64,000 nt of DNA from the NCBI GenBank assembly GCA_052388395.1, contig JBQTIF010000011.1, forward strand, positions 1,191-65,190, read 5' to 3'. A program made the position numbers and the translations under genes. This DNA is from Gemmatimonadaceae bacterium (GTDB taxonomy: Bacteria > Gemmatimonadota > Gemmatimonadetes > Gemmatimonadales > Gemmatimonadaceae). Under the pieces are notes generated by a model. That model worked only from the letters and a program-made list of their open reading frames with translations. It was not told where the DNA came from and ran no database searches. Shown one piece after another: positions 45,537 to 56,080 of this stretch. The stretch's first letter is position 1. Every line of letters starts with the position of its first letter.

Positions 45537-47735
45537 CTAGCGCACCGGGACCGGCGTAAATCTGTTCACGAGGGTTCCATCGCCGAGCTGACCGCTCGCG
45601 TTATATCCCCAACAGTAACTGCGTCCGCCGCTTTGGCTCCCGCACGTGTGGTATTGGCCCGACGTGATTTCCGCGAACAACAGGTTGCCACTCACCGGAA
45701 CCGGTGTCGAACGAAGCGTGCTTGTCGCATCACCAAGCGCGCCAAATTGATTCTGGCCCCAGCAGTACGCGGCGCCCGCGTTAGTTCGCGCACAAGTGTG
45801 ATCACCGCCGGCCGTGAGCCCGACGAAATTGAAGTTGCCAACAACTTGCGTGGGCACGAGGCGGTTTATCGTCGTGCCGTCTCCCAATTGCGAGCTGAGG
45901 TTGTTCCCCCAGCAGTACACAGTGGTGGCGCCCGTGCGGCCGCATGCATGATCGAACCCCGCGGCGATAAGCACGAAGGCGTGTCCCCCGCTCACGGCGA
46001 CCGGCGTTAGGCTCCGGATGCCGCTGCCGTCTCCAAGCTGGCCGGAGGTGTTGTCCCCCCAACACCACGTGGCCCCTGCTGACGTACGTCCGCAGGTGAA
46101 GCTTCTCCCTGCGGTCAGCGCGACGAACGCGATGCCTCCACTCACGAGCGTCGGCGTAAAGCGATTGGTTATTGTACCGTCACCTAACTGTCCGGACGTG
46201 TTATCCCCCCAACAGTACGTGGGGCCCGCGTTAGTCACCCCGCAGGAATGGCCGGTACCGGCTGCAATCGTCCTGAAGCTCAGACCTCCACTCACCGCGG
46301 CGGGTGCAGACTGGTTCCCGGTGGCACCCGTACCAAGGGCTCCGACCAGGTTAAACCCCCAGCAGTAGGCTGCGTCTGACGTTAGGCGCCCGCACGTATG
46401 AGCACCACCGGCAGCGAGTTCGGCGAAGTTGTGGCTGCCGACCACTCGAGCTGGAACGGTGCGCGGAGTCGTTCCGGCATCGCCAAGGCGGCCGTCCGCG
46501 CTCTCACCCCAACAGTATGCGACACCTCCATTCGCTCGGGCGCAGGTGTGAGAAGAACCGGCATCGATTTGGAGGAATGGCGGCGCCGTCGTGACGAGTA
46601 GCGTCACGCTCGCAGCGGTCACGCCTTCACTCGTAGCGCTGATCTGGGTGGCGCCTAACGCCACTGCGGTCACCGTGCCGTTTGCTCCGGTGCCGGTCAC
46701 CGTCGCTACCGAAGGATCACTCGACGTCCACGCCACGGGACGACCGGTAAGTGTGTTCCCTTGCGCGTCGCGCAACGTGGCGATGGCCGTTGTCGTCGCA
46801 CCGAGCCCGACGTGCGCTGCCGTCAGACTCACTGTAAGACTCGCGACTTGCGCGGCGACGGTCAGCACAGCGCTTGCCGTGCGTCCTTCACTGGCTGCCG
46901 AGATGGTAGTCGATCCCGGTGCGACGGCTGTCACGGTCACTTGCTGGCCGCTACCGCTCAGCGTTGCCACGCTCGGACTACTTGACGACCAGGTGATGCT
47001 GCGACCGGTGAGCACATTACCTTGCGCATCGACCAGTGTGGCGGCAGCTGTCGTGGTCTGACCCGGGACGAGCGTGCTCGTTAGGGTGAGGGTTATGCTC
47101 GCGACAGCTGGGATCACCGTTAGGGTAGCCGTCTGGCTGACCCCCTCACTCGTCGCGCTGATCGTCGTTGTTCCGCGGGCAACCGCCGTAATAGTTGCGC
47201 TTCCTCCACTGCCGCTTATCGTCGCCACGGCAGGGTCGCTCGAAGTCCACACGATCGTGCGACCCGCCAGCGCATTCCCCTGTGCATCTCGGAGTGTAGC
47301 CGTTGCCGTCGTAGTCTGTCCGATGCTCACAGTTGGAGCGCCTAACGTTAACTGCAGCGTCGCGATCCGTGCGACGACGTCGAGCGTGGCGCTGCCATTC
47401 CGAGCTTCGCTCGTTGCAGTTATGGTAGCGGTGCCTGGCGCGATTGCCGTGATCGCCACCCTTGGACCACTGCCACTCACCGTAGCGACGGCAAGATCAC
47501 TGGACGACCACGCAATAGCGCGATCGGTGAGAACGCCGCCGCGAGAGTCGGCGAGCACTGCCGTGGCTTCGGTTGTCTGCCCGGCCACGAGCCGCGTCGC
47601 GCTGAGCGTCACCGTGACGGCGGACACCGGCGCTGGACCCGACGAACCGTCTCCCCCAGCGCACGCACTGACACCCAGCTGGGCCATCAGCACAATCACA
47701 AGGAAAATGTCCGGCCTGCACTTTTTGTGACGCAT
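45537..47735 (-). CDS. Surface lipoprotein with about five Big_2 (bacterial Ig-like) domains and C-terminal RCC1/beta-propeller repeats
   Basis: Repeated ...W(T/S)SSDP(S/A)VATVSG(S/T)G...VTAVA.G.T.ISATSEG... units, then seven or more ...HTC(A/G)RT..G..YCWG.N..GQLGDG... repeats. Confidence 0.8.
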   Translation of the reverse strand: MRHKKCRPDIFLVIVLMAQLGVSACAGGDGSSGPAPVSAVTVTLSATRLVAGQTTEATAVLADSRGGVLTDRAIAWSSSDLAVATVSGSGPRVAITAIAPGTATITATSEARNGSATLDVVARIATLQLTLGAPTVSIGQTTTATATLRDAQGNALAGRTIVWTSSDPAVATISGSGGSATITAVARGTTTISATSEGVSQTATLTVIPAVASITLTLTSTLVPGQTTTAAATLVDAQGNVLTGRSITWSSSSPSVATLSGSGQQVTVTAVAPGSTTISAASEGRTASAVLTVAAQVASLTVSLTAAHVGLGATTTAIATLRDAQGNTLTGRPVAWTSSDPSVATVTGTGANGTVTAVALGATQISATSEGVTAASVTLLVTTAPPFLQIDAGSSHTCARANGGVAYCWGESADGRLGDAGTTPRTVPARVVGSHNFAELAAGGAHTCGRLTSDAAYCWGFNLVGALGTGATGNQSAPAAVSGGLSFRTIAAGTGHSCGVTNAGPTYCWGDNTSGQLGDGTITNRFTPTLVSGGIAFVALTAGRSFTCGRTSAGATWCWGDNTSGQLGDGSGIRSLTPVAVSGGHAFVLIAAGFDHACGRTGATTVYCWGNNLSSQLGDGTTINRLVPTQVVGNFNFVGLTAGGDHTCARTNAGAAYCWGQNQFGALGDATSTLRSTPVPVSGNLLFAEITSGQYHTCGSQSGGRSYCWGYNASGQLGDGTLVNRFTPVPVR

Positions 47736-47913
47736 GACACACTCCGGCCTATCCGCATAACGCGTGGGGCTGGATCATGGGTCATGCGCAGCGCGCTAGC
47801 AAGGTGCACTGCTCGCATTGAGCAGCGGAGCAATCGGCCACTGCTCCAGTTACATGGCCCTACAGAGTAATCAGAACGACTTGCCTAACGCGCAGCACCG
47901 TGGCTCGATAGAG

Positions 47914-48995
47914 CTAGCGCTCATCGCGACTCGGCTGCGACGCGGGGACGACTTGGGCCCAGCCAAGCTCCGTCCCATCCAGCTCTTCTTACGCGCTGGA
48001 ACGCCGCGTCGCCGATCGTGCCTTCAGCCCGCAGCGCAACGATACGCTGCCGCTGCGCATCGAGCGTCGCGCGCACGACCGCAGCATCGTTGTCCGTTCC
48101 CACAGCGTCGGACGCACGCCGCAGCGACATCGCCTGCGTCGTTAGGTCACTCGCGCGAGTGGCTTCGGGCACAGCCTCTGTCTCTGCTCGGCGTAGCTGA
48201 AGCTCCTAGCGCTGTCGCACCGGATCCGTCGACGGCGATGGACTTGAGCTGGAACCCGACGAGAATGAACGCCAGCACGTTCAACACGAACCGCCGCTTC
48301 CCACACAGCATACGATGGGATGCGGACGCGCGCAGGGATCAGCTCAGCCGCGCGACGCTCGACCGACATTGCGAAGATCACTTCGTGATGATCCCCGAGA
48401 AGTGCAGCTGCTCCGCGAGGATCCACACGAACAATGTTCCGCCGAACTGGAAGACAACGGCCGTCGCGACATCGCGGATGCGCGCCGTCGTGAGAAGCGT
48501 TAGGCGCCCGACTTCGAGACGGTAGACCAAGAGCGCTCGCGTCGTTGAAGAGACTTTCTCCCTCGAGAATCACCAGCAGCCGGTGCGGCGGGCGCTGCTG
48601 CTTCAGCACCGTTGTGGCTGCTGCCGCGTCAGGCGGTGCGACGGTCGCGCCGCGCGCAATCGCGGCAGACCATGACATGTCTGGCACTAGTGTATGAGCG
48701 ACTATCGCCACCACCACGATCGTGAGTGTGACGGCGCCAAGTGCGAGTCCTGCCACCACACGCCGGTATTCGCGCGCAGTTGCGCGGTGAGGAGTCGAAC
48801 GCTGCGTCGAGCAGCACCGGGGCGACGAAGAGCGCGAGTGCAGCGCCGGCGAGTGCCACGAGCGCTGGGTATGGCGCCCCGATGCGCCGTGCCAGAGGCG
48901 AGCATCGCGCCGCCCCTCAGCATCGCAATGACGACTTCGAAGACTTCCGTTATCTCGCTGAACCGCTCCGCTCGTCGCGGAGCGGAGGCCGCTGA
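47914..48995 (-). pseudogene. Remnant of a CPA1-type Na+/H+ antiporter (NhaP-like), multiply frameshifted and truncated
   Basis: The signature LEGESLFNDASAL lies in ORF 48142..48759. Flanking antiporter-like segments (ALALFVAPVLLDAAFDSSPRN; VFQFGGTLFVWILAEQLHFSG; C-terminal RIVALRAEGTIGDAAFQRV) lie in different frames. The total length is too short for the family. Confidence 0.6.
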
Positions 48996-49032
48996 CTCGT
49001 TAGGTTACTATGGCCCCGCCCCGCCCCCGCTG

Positions 49033-51279
49033 CTACGCGGCCCGGACCACTGCGCCGCGCGGGGAGAGTACCTCGCGCACGCGCGCGGCGAATACCGTTG
49101 CGTCCGTCGCGGTCGTGCATGCCTCGACAGCTCCCAGCTCGAGGCCCCAGGCCAGTAACGCGGAATCCGTCTGCTCGGTATAGATGAACACCGCCGCCTT
49201 GTCACTGTCAACGCGTATGCTCTGCAGCAGACCGAAACCGTCGAGCCGCGGAACCGCCACCTCGGTGACCACCGCGTCGGGGCGTAGCCGTCGTGCATAG
49301 GCCAACGCCGATTCACCGTCCGCAGCTTCAATCACCCCCAGCCCCTGAGCTTCCAGCGCCACGCGCAGCAGCCGTCGTGCGTCGCGGAGCTCATGTACGA
49401 CCAAAACGCGCGATGCGCCGGCATTCGCTGCGTGCCCCCGGGCGAGCTGTCCTGGAGGTGCCACGTTAGGCGTCGAACCGGTCGGCGCTTGCAGCTTCGG
49501 TCCAAGATTGCGCACCAGTTGATCAATAGCGGCCTGCGATGTAGCCGCATCTGCGGTCGGCGCCGAGATGTTGTCGAGAAGCTCGTGCAGCGATGTCTGG
49601 CCGGCCAGCGCGCGGTTGAGACCTGCTACCCATAACGTATGCATGCCGGCCTGGCGGCCGAGATCCTCGAGCTCGGACCGTTCAGCCCGACGCGCGATGG
49701 CGCGCTGAATGTCAGGAGTCACGAGCAGCATCTCCGGCACAACCATCCTCCCGCGATACCCAGTCCCTCGGCACGCCGCGCAGCCGACAGGCTTGCGCAG
49801 CTTGTCCGTCCGCTTGCCTGTCAACAGCATCTGCTGCTCTGCCGGAAGTTCAGTCACTGCGACCGGCACAGAGCATTCGGCACACAAGCGGCGCACGAGT
49901 CGCTGAGCGATGACGCCTTTGAGTGCACCCGACAGAGCGCTCATGTCTGCCCCAATGTCTGCGAGGCGGCCAACTGCGGACGGCGCATCATTGGTGTGCA
50001 GTGTCGACAGCACGAGGTGCCCGGTCATGCTCGCTTTGATCGCGATGCCTGCTGTCTCTGCATCGCGTATCTCGCCAACAAGTACGACGTCAGGATCCTG
50101 CCGCAGAATCGAGCGTAGCGCGGCAGCGAACGTTAGGCCCGCCTTGTCCTGGACCTGAACCTGATTCACTCCTTCCAGACGGTACTCGATCGGATCTTCG
50201 ACGGTGACGAGGTTCGTCTGCGTCGATCTGATCTGGTGTAGCGCTGCATAGAGCGTAGTTGTCTTTCCGGAACCGGTCGGCCCAGTGACAAGCAACATCC
50301 CCTCAGTGAAGCCTAACAACTGGTCGATGCGGTAGCGCTCCGCCGCCGTAAAACCTAACGCGCCGAGGTTGAAGTCTGTCGCGTTCCCATCGAGCACGCG
50401 GATGACGGCTTTTTCAAAGCGATCACCTAACGGGAGCGTCGAGACGCGCAGATCGATGTTGCGTCCGTCGAAGACGGTGGTCGCGCGGCCATCCTGTGGG
50501 CGGCGTCGTTCCGCGATGTCCAACCCCGCGGCGATCTTCAAGCGACTCATGAGCAGCGGCGCGATCGCAGCCGGTACGCGTGTCACTTCGTGAAGGACAC
50601 CATCCACGCGCACGCGTACCATGAGATCGCCATCGCGCGGCTCGAGGTGGATGTCGCTCGCGCGCTGATCGAGGGCGTCCGCGATGATGACGTCGAGTTT
50701 ATCGACGGCCGCACCGCGTGTCGGGGCCGCGGCCGGCTGGCCAGCCGGCTTTACCTCAACCCAGCTCAATCGCGGCTTGCCCGTTAGGTCGATCGATTCA
50801 CCATAGATGCGCTCGTACGCTGCGCGGATGTCTTGAGGGCTAGCCACCGTGACGCGCATGCGCTTGCCGCAGGCAAAGGCGAGGTCGACTTCGAGGTTGT
50901 GGCCAAGCGGGTTCGACGTCGCAATTTCAAGCACAGGGCCTTCCATGCGAACGGCGACCGCTTCATAGCTGCGCGCGAGCGAGGGGCTGAGGAGCTTCGC
51001 GTGCGCTGGCCCGACTCCGGCGAGATCCGCCGGGCGCGATGCGGACAGGGTACAGGCGACTTTGAGGATCTCCTCCGTGGTGGCGCCAGCCGCTTCCAGT
51101 GATTCCCACGCGGTGCGCGCGGGGCGCAGCTGATTGGCGGCTGGGTGGCCGGTCTGCTGGAGGGCCTCCACGAGCCAGCGATCGGCCCACGGCTGTCGCC
51201 GTTCGCGCTTGTCCCCTTGGCCGTCTGGCACGGCCAGCGAGGCGACTGGCGAGCGGGATGTGGGAGTCTTTGTTTGCAT
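49033..51279 (-). CDS. GspE/PilB-family secretion/pilus ATPase with T2SSE_N-like N-terminus and a C-terminal degenerate receiver (REC-like) domain
   Basis: Walker A GPTGSGKTTT, Asp box, Walker B VVLVGEIRD, His box, Zn motif CAEC...CAACRGTGYRGR. The C-terminal 120 aa are CheY-like, but DD is HE, the phospho-Asp position is Glu (VVTEVAVP) and the conserved Lys is missing. Confidence 0.85.
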   Translation of the reverse strand: MQTKTPTSRSPVASLAVPDGQGDKRERRQPWADRWLVEALQQTGHPAANQLRPARTAWESLEAAGATTEEILKVACTLSASRPADLAGVGPAHAKLLSPSLARSYEAVAVRMEGPVLEIATSNPLGHNLEVDLAFACGKRMRVTVASPQDIRAAYERIYGESIDLTGKPRLSWVEVKPAGQPAAAPTRGAAVDKLDVIIADALDQRASDIHLEPRDGDLMVRVRVDGVLHEVTRVPAAIAPLLMSRLKIAAGLDIAERRRPQDGRATTVFDGRNIDLRVSTLPLGDRFEKAVIRVLDGNATDFNLGALGFTAAERYRIDQLLGFTEGMLLVTGPTGSGKTTTLYAALHQIRSTQTNLVTVEDPIEYRLEGVNQVQVQDKAGLTFAAALRSILRQDPDVVLVGEIRDAETAGIAIKASMTGHLVLSTLHTNDAPSAVGRLADIGADMSALSGALKGVIAQRLVRRLCAECSVPVAVTELPAEQQMLLTGKRTDKLRKPVGCAACRGTGYRGRMVVPEMLLVTPDIQRAIARRAERSELEDLGRQAGMHTLWVAGLNRALAGQTSLHELLDNISAPTADAATSQAAIDQLVRNLGPKLQAPTGSTPNVAPPGQLARGHAANAGASRVLVVHELRDARRLLRVALEAQGLGVIEAADGESALAYARRLRPDAVVTEVAVPRLDGFGLLQSIRVDSDKAAVFIYTEQTDSALLAWGLELGAVEACTTATDATVFAARVREVLSPRGAVVRAA

Positions 51280-51416
51280 TATGAGCTGCCACTAAGGATC
51301 CACGTCATTGACGCGTATGACTCAAGTCTCGGCACGTCACTGACCAACTTGAGGGCCCGCGGGGCCGGCACATTATCACGACAACCGCATCCTGCCCGTC
51401 CGAGCAGGAGGCCACC

Positions 51417-52155
51417 ATGAAACGGCGCGACTTCCTTGTCTCCTCCACGTTAGGCTCCGTTGGACTCGGCGTGAGCCGCCGGCCGCTCGCCGGGAAGTTC
51501 ACAGAGCTGAGCCTAACGCCGGATCACGGCATGCGCAGCGAGCGCGCCGCGACGCGCAAGATCCTGATTGCCGGCGGAGGCTTTGGCACGGCCTTCATCC
51601 GTTACATGGCCACGCTCACCGGGAAGAAGCGCCCCAAGCTCCTGTATCTCCCAACCGCGTCGGCCGATCGCCCCGATGGCAGCATCACATGGTTCCGCAA
51701 TTGCGCGCCGCTCGACGTGGAGCCCTCGGTCCAGGAGAGCTTCATCGCCAGCTCGCGGCAGTCCCGCAGTTGGGAAGAAGTGTTTTTGTCTGTCGACGGT
51801 ATTGTGGCATCGGGTGGCAATACGCTCAATCAACAAGCCATCTGGAAGGCGCAGGGGATCGACGTCATCCTCGGAAAAGCGTGGGACCGCGGCATTGTGC
51901 CCGGCGGCTTCCTGAAAAGGGAGTCACTCGCCGCATTACGACCGCGAGGCGGATCGCGGCCGCTCTATCAGAAGCTGATCGGATCAGGGCAGCTAAAACC
52001 CGGGTACGCGTATGACAACGACGCGGGGATTTACTTCGAGGACAATGCGGTGAAGTGCGTTGTGCACACGCGCGCGGACGCCAAGGTGTACCACGTCCGC
52101 GTCGTCAACGGGGAAAGTCGTCGAACGCGTGCTCGAGCCCGAGATGATCGCCTAA
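51417..52155 (+). pseudogene. Peptidase S51 (dipeptidase E/cyanophycinase-like), Tat-like signal, frameshifted with probable internal deletion
   Basis: N-terminal part is intact (ILIAGGGFG...LLYLPTASAD...ASGGNTLNQQAIW). The catalytic-Ser region is missing. SHSPHYDREADR and RPLYQKLI lie in different frames. The end VVERVLEPEMIA-TAA (52153-52155) is reached only after a shift near 52115. The long track ORF to 52544 is a read-through artefact. Confidence 0.55.
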
Positions 52156-52193
52156 CGAGCGACAAGGCGCATGGCACACGGCGCGTGCAGGGA

Positions 52194-52550
52194 TCAACGC
52201 GTTCCTGCGAGAAGCTCCTCCAGCGCGAGTCGCGTCTTCACGGGCACTTGCGCCTCGTCGAAATAGCTCAGCACGACGGCGAGGGCGTCGTCCGCCCGAG
52301 TGATGTTGAGATTGCGAAGCAGGTAGCGCACATCCTCGAGGTCATGGAACTCCTCGCCGAGTCTGAGAGCCATGCACTTCATCGCCAGCAAATACGTCGG
52401 CTGAGCGACGTACACCTGCAAATGCGAATGCTCGACATAACAATCAAAGGACCCTCGCGGACTCAGCCACGCCTTCACGGCATCGTTCAGCCACGTCTCG
52501 GGAACGGCGACATCGCGTGTCGAGGCGCGCGCGTTCAGCGTTAGGCACAT
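52194..52550 (-). CDS. Hypothetical protein (possibly the C-terminal half of a nucleotidyltransferase-type toxin)
   Basis: Taken from the internal ATG at 52550 (MCLTLNARAS...). The pattern YLLAMKCMALRLG...DLEDVRYLL resembles AbiEii/DUF6036-type proteins (from memory). Confidence 0.35.
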   Translation of the reverse strand: MCLTLNARASTRDVAVPETWLNDAVKAWLSPRGSFDCYVEHSHLQVYVAQPTYLLAMKCMALRLGEEFHDLEDVRYLLRNLNITRADDALAVVLSYFDEAQVPVKTRLALEELLAGTR

Positions 52551-52599
52551 CACGGCGCCCCTGTTGCCGCACCAGTGCTCCATGTCGCAGGAGGACGGG

Positions 52600-53115
52600 A
52601 TGGACCATGTAAAGGTCGGCGCTGCGCCGGTCAGACTACGACCCGCGGGTCCCGGCGATCTCGCAGCGATTGGCCGACTTGGCGCGTTACTCGTTAGGAC
52701 GCACCACGACTTCGATCCCCAGCGCTTCATCGCCGCCACGCTGCACACCGAGCAAGGTTACGCGTCATTCCTCGGAGCACAGCTGGAGGAGCCTAACGTG
52801 TTGATCCTCGTCGCCGAGTGGAATGGTGCGGTGATCGGCTACAGTTATGCGGGGGTCGAAAGCTGGGACTACATGTCGTTGCGCGGACCCGCGGGTGTGT
52901 TGCACGACATCGTTGTCGATCAGGCGCACAGCGGGCGTGGGATCGGCAAGATGTTACTGGACGCGACGCTTGAGGCACTGGAGACGCGCGGAGCGCCGCG
53001 CGTGATATTGTGGACGGCCGAGGGAAACGAAGCAGCGCAGACGTTGTTCGCGCGTGCTGGTTTCCGGCGCACGATGGTGGAGATGACGCGCGAACTGCAG
53101 ATTGACGCACAGTAG
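52600..53115 (+). CDS. GNAT-family N-acetyltransferase
   Basis: AcCoA motif VVDQAHSGRGIGKMLLDATLE and ...LFARAGFR. AGGAGG RBS before the ATG at 52600. Confidence 0.8.
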   Translation: MDHVKVGAAPVRLRPAGPGDLAAIGRLGALLVRTHHDFDPQRFIAATLHTEQGYASFLGAQLEEPNVLILVAEWNGAVIGYSYAGVESWDYMSLRGPAGVLHDIVVDQAHSGRGIGKMLLDATLEALETRGAPRVILWTAEGNEAAQTLFARAGFRRTMVEMTRELQIDAQ

Positions 53116-53116
53116 T

Positions 53117-53851
53117 ATGCGAGCTCGCCTGACTGCTCTCATTCCAGTGGCCATCGCCGCGCTCACAGCGCTTATCGGCTCACACTCCTGGCAACGGATC
53201 GCGAACCGTCCCATCAACTTCTATCTCAGTCCGGGGCGTTTCATTTCGCATACGGACGGTAAGGATGTGGTGTTCATCTCGCTCGCGATTGTGCGCTCGC
53301 GTCGCGCACCGTTCCTGCACGAAGCGGCGCACGAGCTTCTCGACCCGGCTGCTCCGTTCTATCCGCTCGACTATCCCGATAGCAGCGCCGCGCAAAGAGC
53401 CGCCGAGCAGTTCCCGCGCTGGCTGGCCGAAGGGCTGCCGGACTATCTGGCGCAGGTCGTCGCAGCACAGGCTGGATTTCATGAAGGCGACGTTTTCGCG
53501 ATCGGTGGCCTAACGAAAGTTGACAGTGTTTGTGCCGCGCGCCTCGCCGCGAGCAAGAGACGCGAGGAGATCGTGTGTCGCGTGGGCCGCCCCGGCCGAC
53601 TCGATGCACTGTTCACGACCGAACGCCCTGAGGTTGTACCTGTGTATTACGCGTGCAGCCAATCATTTACGAAGTGCTTGGTTGGGAAGGTTGGGCTTCC
53701 GGTGGTTGTGGGACTCATTCCACAGATTCCGAGCGCGGCGTGGATCGGCTCTTTGGAGACGGCGGCCGGCCTAACGCTGGATCGCATGCGCGAGACCCTG
53801 GTTGGCGACGCAAGCTCCAACGCCAGCGCAAGACAAATCCTTGCGCACTGA
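53117..53851 (+). CDS. Hypothetical protein with HExxH motif (putative zinc metallopeptidase)
   Basis: N-terminal TM/signal segment and FLHEAAHELL. Confidence 0.45.
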   Translation: MRARLTALIPVAIAALTALIGSHSWQRIANRPINFYLSPGRFISHTDGKDVVFISLAIVRSRRAPFLHEAAHELLDPAAPFYPLDYPDSSAAQRAAEQFPRWLAEGLPDYLAQVVAAQAGFHEGDVFAIGGLTKVDSVCAARLAASKRREEIVCRVGRPGRLDALFTTERPEVVPVYYACSQSFTKCLVGKVGLPVVVGLIPQIPSAAWIGSLETAAGLTLDRMRETLVGDASSNASARQILAH

Positions 53852-53965
53852 ACTTGCGGCCCTCAGCCGACGACGTTAGGCACGCCAAGCATGCGACAGG
53901 CATCTTTGCGCGGGAGAATGTACTAGCAGGACCGAATGCGTTTCTCGTACTTCGCGGAGTCCATC

Positions 53966-54391
53966 ATGCACAGACCGATCGCGGGTGTCGCGCTTTTCGG
54001 GATCCTAGTTGCGTGTGGCGGCGGCAGTAGCGGCGGCAGTAGCGGCGCTTCCGCCGGCGCTGCGCCTGGCCCGCCACAGCAGACGCAACGCAGGGATCCC
54101 AATGTCATTACGCGCGCCGAGATCGAGCAGGCAGTTGGGGCGACGACCGCGAGGGATCTCGTGCAGCGTTTGCGTCCGGCGTACCTACGGGAGTCGGGCC
54201 CAATGACCTTGTCGGGTGCTAATCAGTCCGCGATGGTGCGGGTGAATGATCAAGAGTTCCCTGATCTTCGCCAGCTGCGGCAGATACCGGTCAGTACCGT
54301 GCAAGAGATCCGCTACTACTCGGCCAGCGATGCGACAGCCAAGTTCGGTGGGCGACTCGGCAGGCCGGTTATCGCGGTGACGATCAAGTAG
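53966..54391 (+). CDS. Hypothetical lipoprotein
   Basis: Lipobox LVACGGGSSGGSSG. The C-terminal ...VQEIRYYSASDATAKFGGRLGRPVIAVTIK resembles a plug/TonB-box-like fold. Confidence 0.45.
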   Translation: MHRPIAGVALFGILVACGGGSSGGSSGASAGAAPGPPQQTQRRDPNVITRAEIEQAVGATTARDLVQRLRPAYLRESGPMTLSGANQSAMVRVNDQEFPDLRQLRQIPVSTVQEIRYYSASDATAKFGGRLGRPVIAVTIK

Positions 54392-54573
54392 GCAAAGTCA
54401 TCGCACAATCATGCGTTCGTCGTCGCCTTGTTACATCGGAGACCCTTTGCTTCCCATAGAGGACCGTTTCGTTTCACAGCCACCGTCATATTCGCTTCCC
54501 GCATTGTGACCATCACCGTCGTTCGCCGGCTTGGGGTGCGATGCACTACATGCAGTCGAGGGAGGAAACGCTT

Positions 54574-55995
54574 ATGGCGAAGAAAACTCCAGGTAGATCG
54601 CCGAAAGCACGGGGGAACGGAGGGGATGGTCCCGCACGTGTCTCCTCGAGCGTTGACGAGTTATTGCTCGCGGCGCTCGAGCGCGGTGACGAAACGCTAG
54701 AGACCGGACGTTATCTCGTAACGTTCAAGGAGTCCGCTGTCGAAGAGGGCGTGAAGGAGTTCAGCACGCGCGGCCTGCGCGTAGCCGACGCACGCGACTT
54801 CGACGCTCAAGCCGCCACGATCGAAGCGTTCGGCGATGCCGAGGCGGTCGTGTTTCCCGAGGTCGGCGTTGCGCTCGTCGGAGCTGATACGGCTCAAGCA
54901 CGAAGCATAACGGCAACTGCGGAGATCGCGGCCGATAGCCCGATAGAGGCTATTGAGCCGGAGTATTTCGTTTTTCCGCAAGAAGCTCCGGGTGATATTC
55001 TGCGAAGTGCGCTCGCGCGTGCCGCGCAGACCGGCGCTACGTCGACCGAACCCGTGCGCACTCGCCTAACGAGGAAGGCTCCGGCAGACGTCGCCGAGTA
55101 CCTCCGCGGCTTTGCGCGCGCCGCACAAGCAATCGCCGATGATCTGACCGAAGTCGACAGAGAAGAACGGGAAGCGGAGGAGGAGGCCCTCGTGGCCGGA
55201 GCGACTTGGGGCCTCATCAGGTGCAAAGTTCCACCGAGCCTGAAGAGTGGGGCGGGGATTAAAGTCGCCGTCCTCGATACCGGCATGGATCTGGGCCATC
55301 CGGATTTCGCCGGTCGCGCTTTTGTTACCGCGACTTTTGTGGGTCAGCCTGTACAGGATCTTCACAGTCACGGAACGCACTGCATTGGAACCGCGTGCGG
55401 ACCAAAAGCACCCGCGGCATCCATACCTCGTTACGGGATCGCGCACAAAGCACCGATCTTTGTCGGCAAAGTGCTCTCTAATTCTGGCGCCGGCTCAACG
55501 GCGAGCGTGTTGGCAGGAATGAACTGGGCGATCGCGAACCGGTGCGTCGTGATATCAATGTCCCTCGGTTCGCAGTCTCCGGTGCAGGCGGCGTACACCG
55601 CCGCGGGGAATGCAGCGCTAAGTAAGGGGTGCTTGATCATTGCGGCAGCAGGCAACGAGGCCTCCCAGACGGGCGCTCCAGCGAACTCACCGTCGATTAT
55701 GTCGGTCGCTTCGCTCGATCCCACTCTGACGCCGTCGGCATTCTCGAACTTTGGGAAGATCGAAATCGCGGCACCGGGACGGGATGTCTTTTCGTCCGTT
55801 CCTCGGCCGACGCGGTACGGCATCAAGAACGGAACCAGCATGGCAGCACCGCATGTGGCTGGCTGTGCCGCGCTGTGGGCGGAAACCTCGGCAACTCTCC
55901 GCGGGGTACAGTTATGGCGGAAGCTCCTGGCGACTGCGCGGCCTTTGCCGCTCCCACCGACGCGAGTGGGTGCGGGGCTTGTTCAGGCACCATAG
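54574..55995 (+). CDS. Subtilisin-like serine protease (S8) with N-terminal propeptide-like region
   Basis: Catalytic triad contexts VAVLDTGMD, HGTHCIGT and GTSMAAPHVAG. GGGAGG RBS. Confidence 0.85.
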   Translation: MAKKTPGRSPKARGNGGDGPARVSSSVDELLLAALERGDETLETGRYLVTFKESAVEEGVKEFSTRGLRVADARDFDAQAATIEAFGDAEAVVFPEVGVALVGADTAQARSITATAEIAADSPIEAIEPEYFVFPQEAPGDILRSALARAAQTGATSTEPVRTRLTRKAPADVAEYLRGFARAAQAIADDLTEVDREEREAEEEALVAGATWGLIRCKVPPSLKSGAGIKVAVLDTGMDLGHPDFAGRAFVTATFVGQPVQDLHSHGTHCIGTACGPKAPAASIPRYGIAHKAPIFVGKVLSNSGAGSTASVLAGMNWAIANRCVVISMSLGSQSPVQAAYTAAGNAALSKGCLIIAAAGNEASQTGAPANSPSIMSVASLDPTLTPSAFSNFGKIEIAAPGRDVFSSVPRPTRYGIKNGTSMAAPHVAGCAALWAETSATLRGVQLWRKLLATARPLPLPPTRVGAGLVQAP

Positions 55996-56080
55996 GTAAG
56001 AGCATTGTGTAGAATTGTCGGAGTCGCCGAGTGCACTTGGTGCGGCGCTCGGTGACTCCGCTCTTCTTTCAGAAGGTTCG

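Noticed and set aside
51417-52544. The 375-aa track ORF as one intact gene
   Set aside because: Only the first about 170 aa look like peptidase S51. The remainder is Arg-rich read-through caused by frame changes and runs antisense to ORF 52194..52550. The family-like C-terminus is recovered in another frame ending at 52155.
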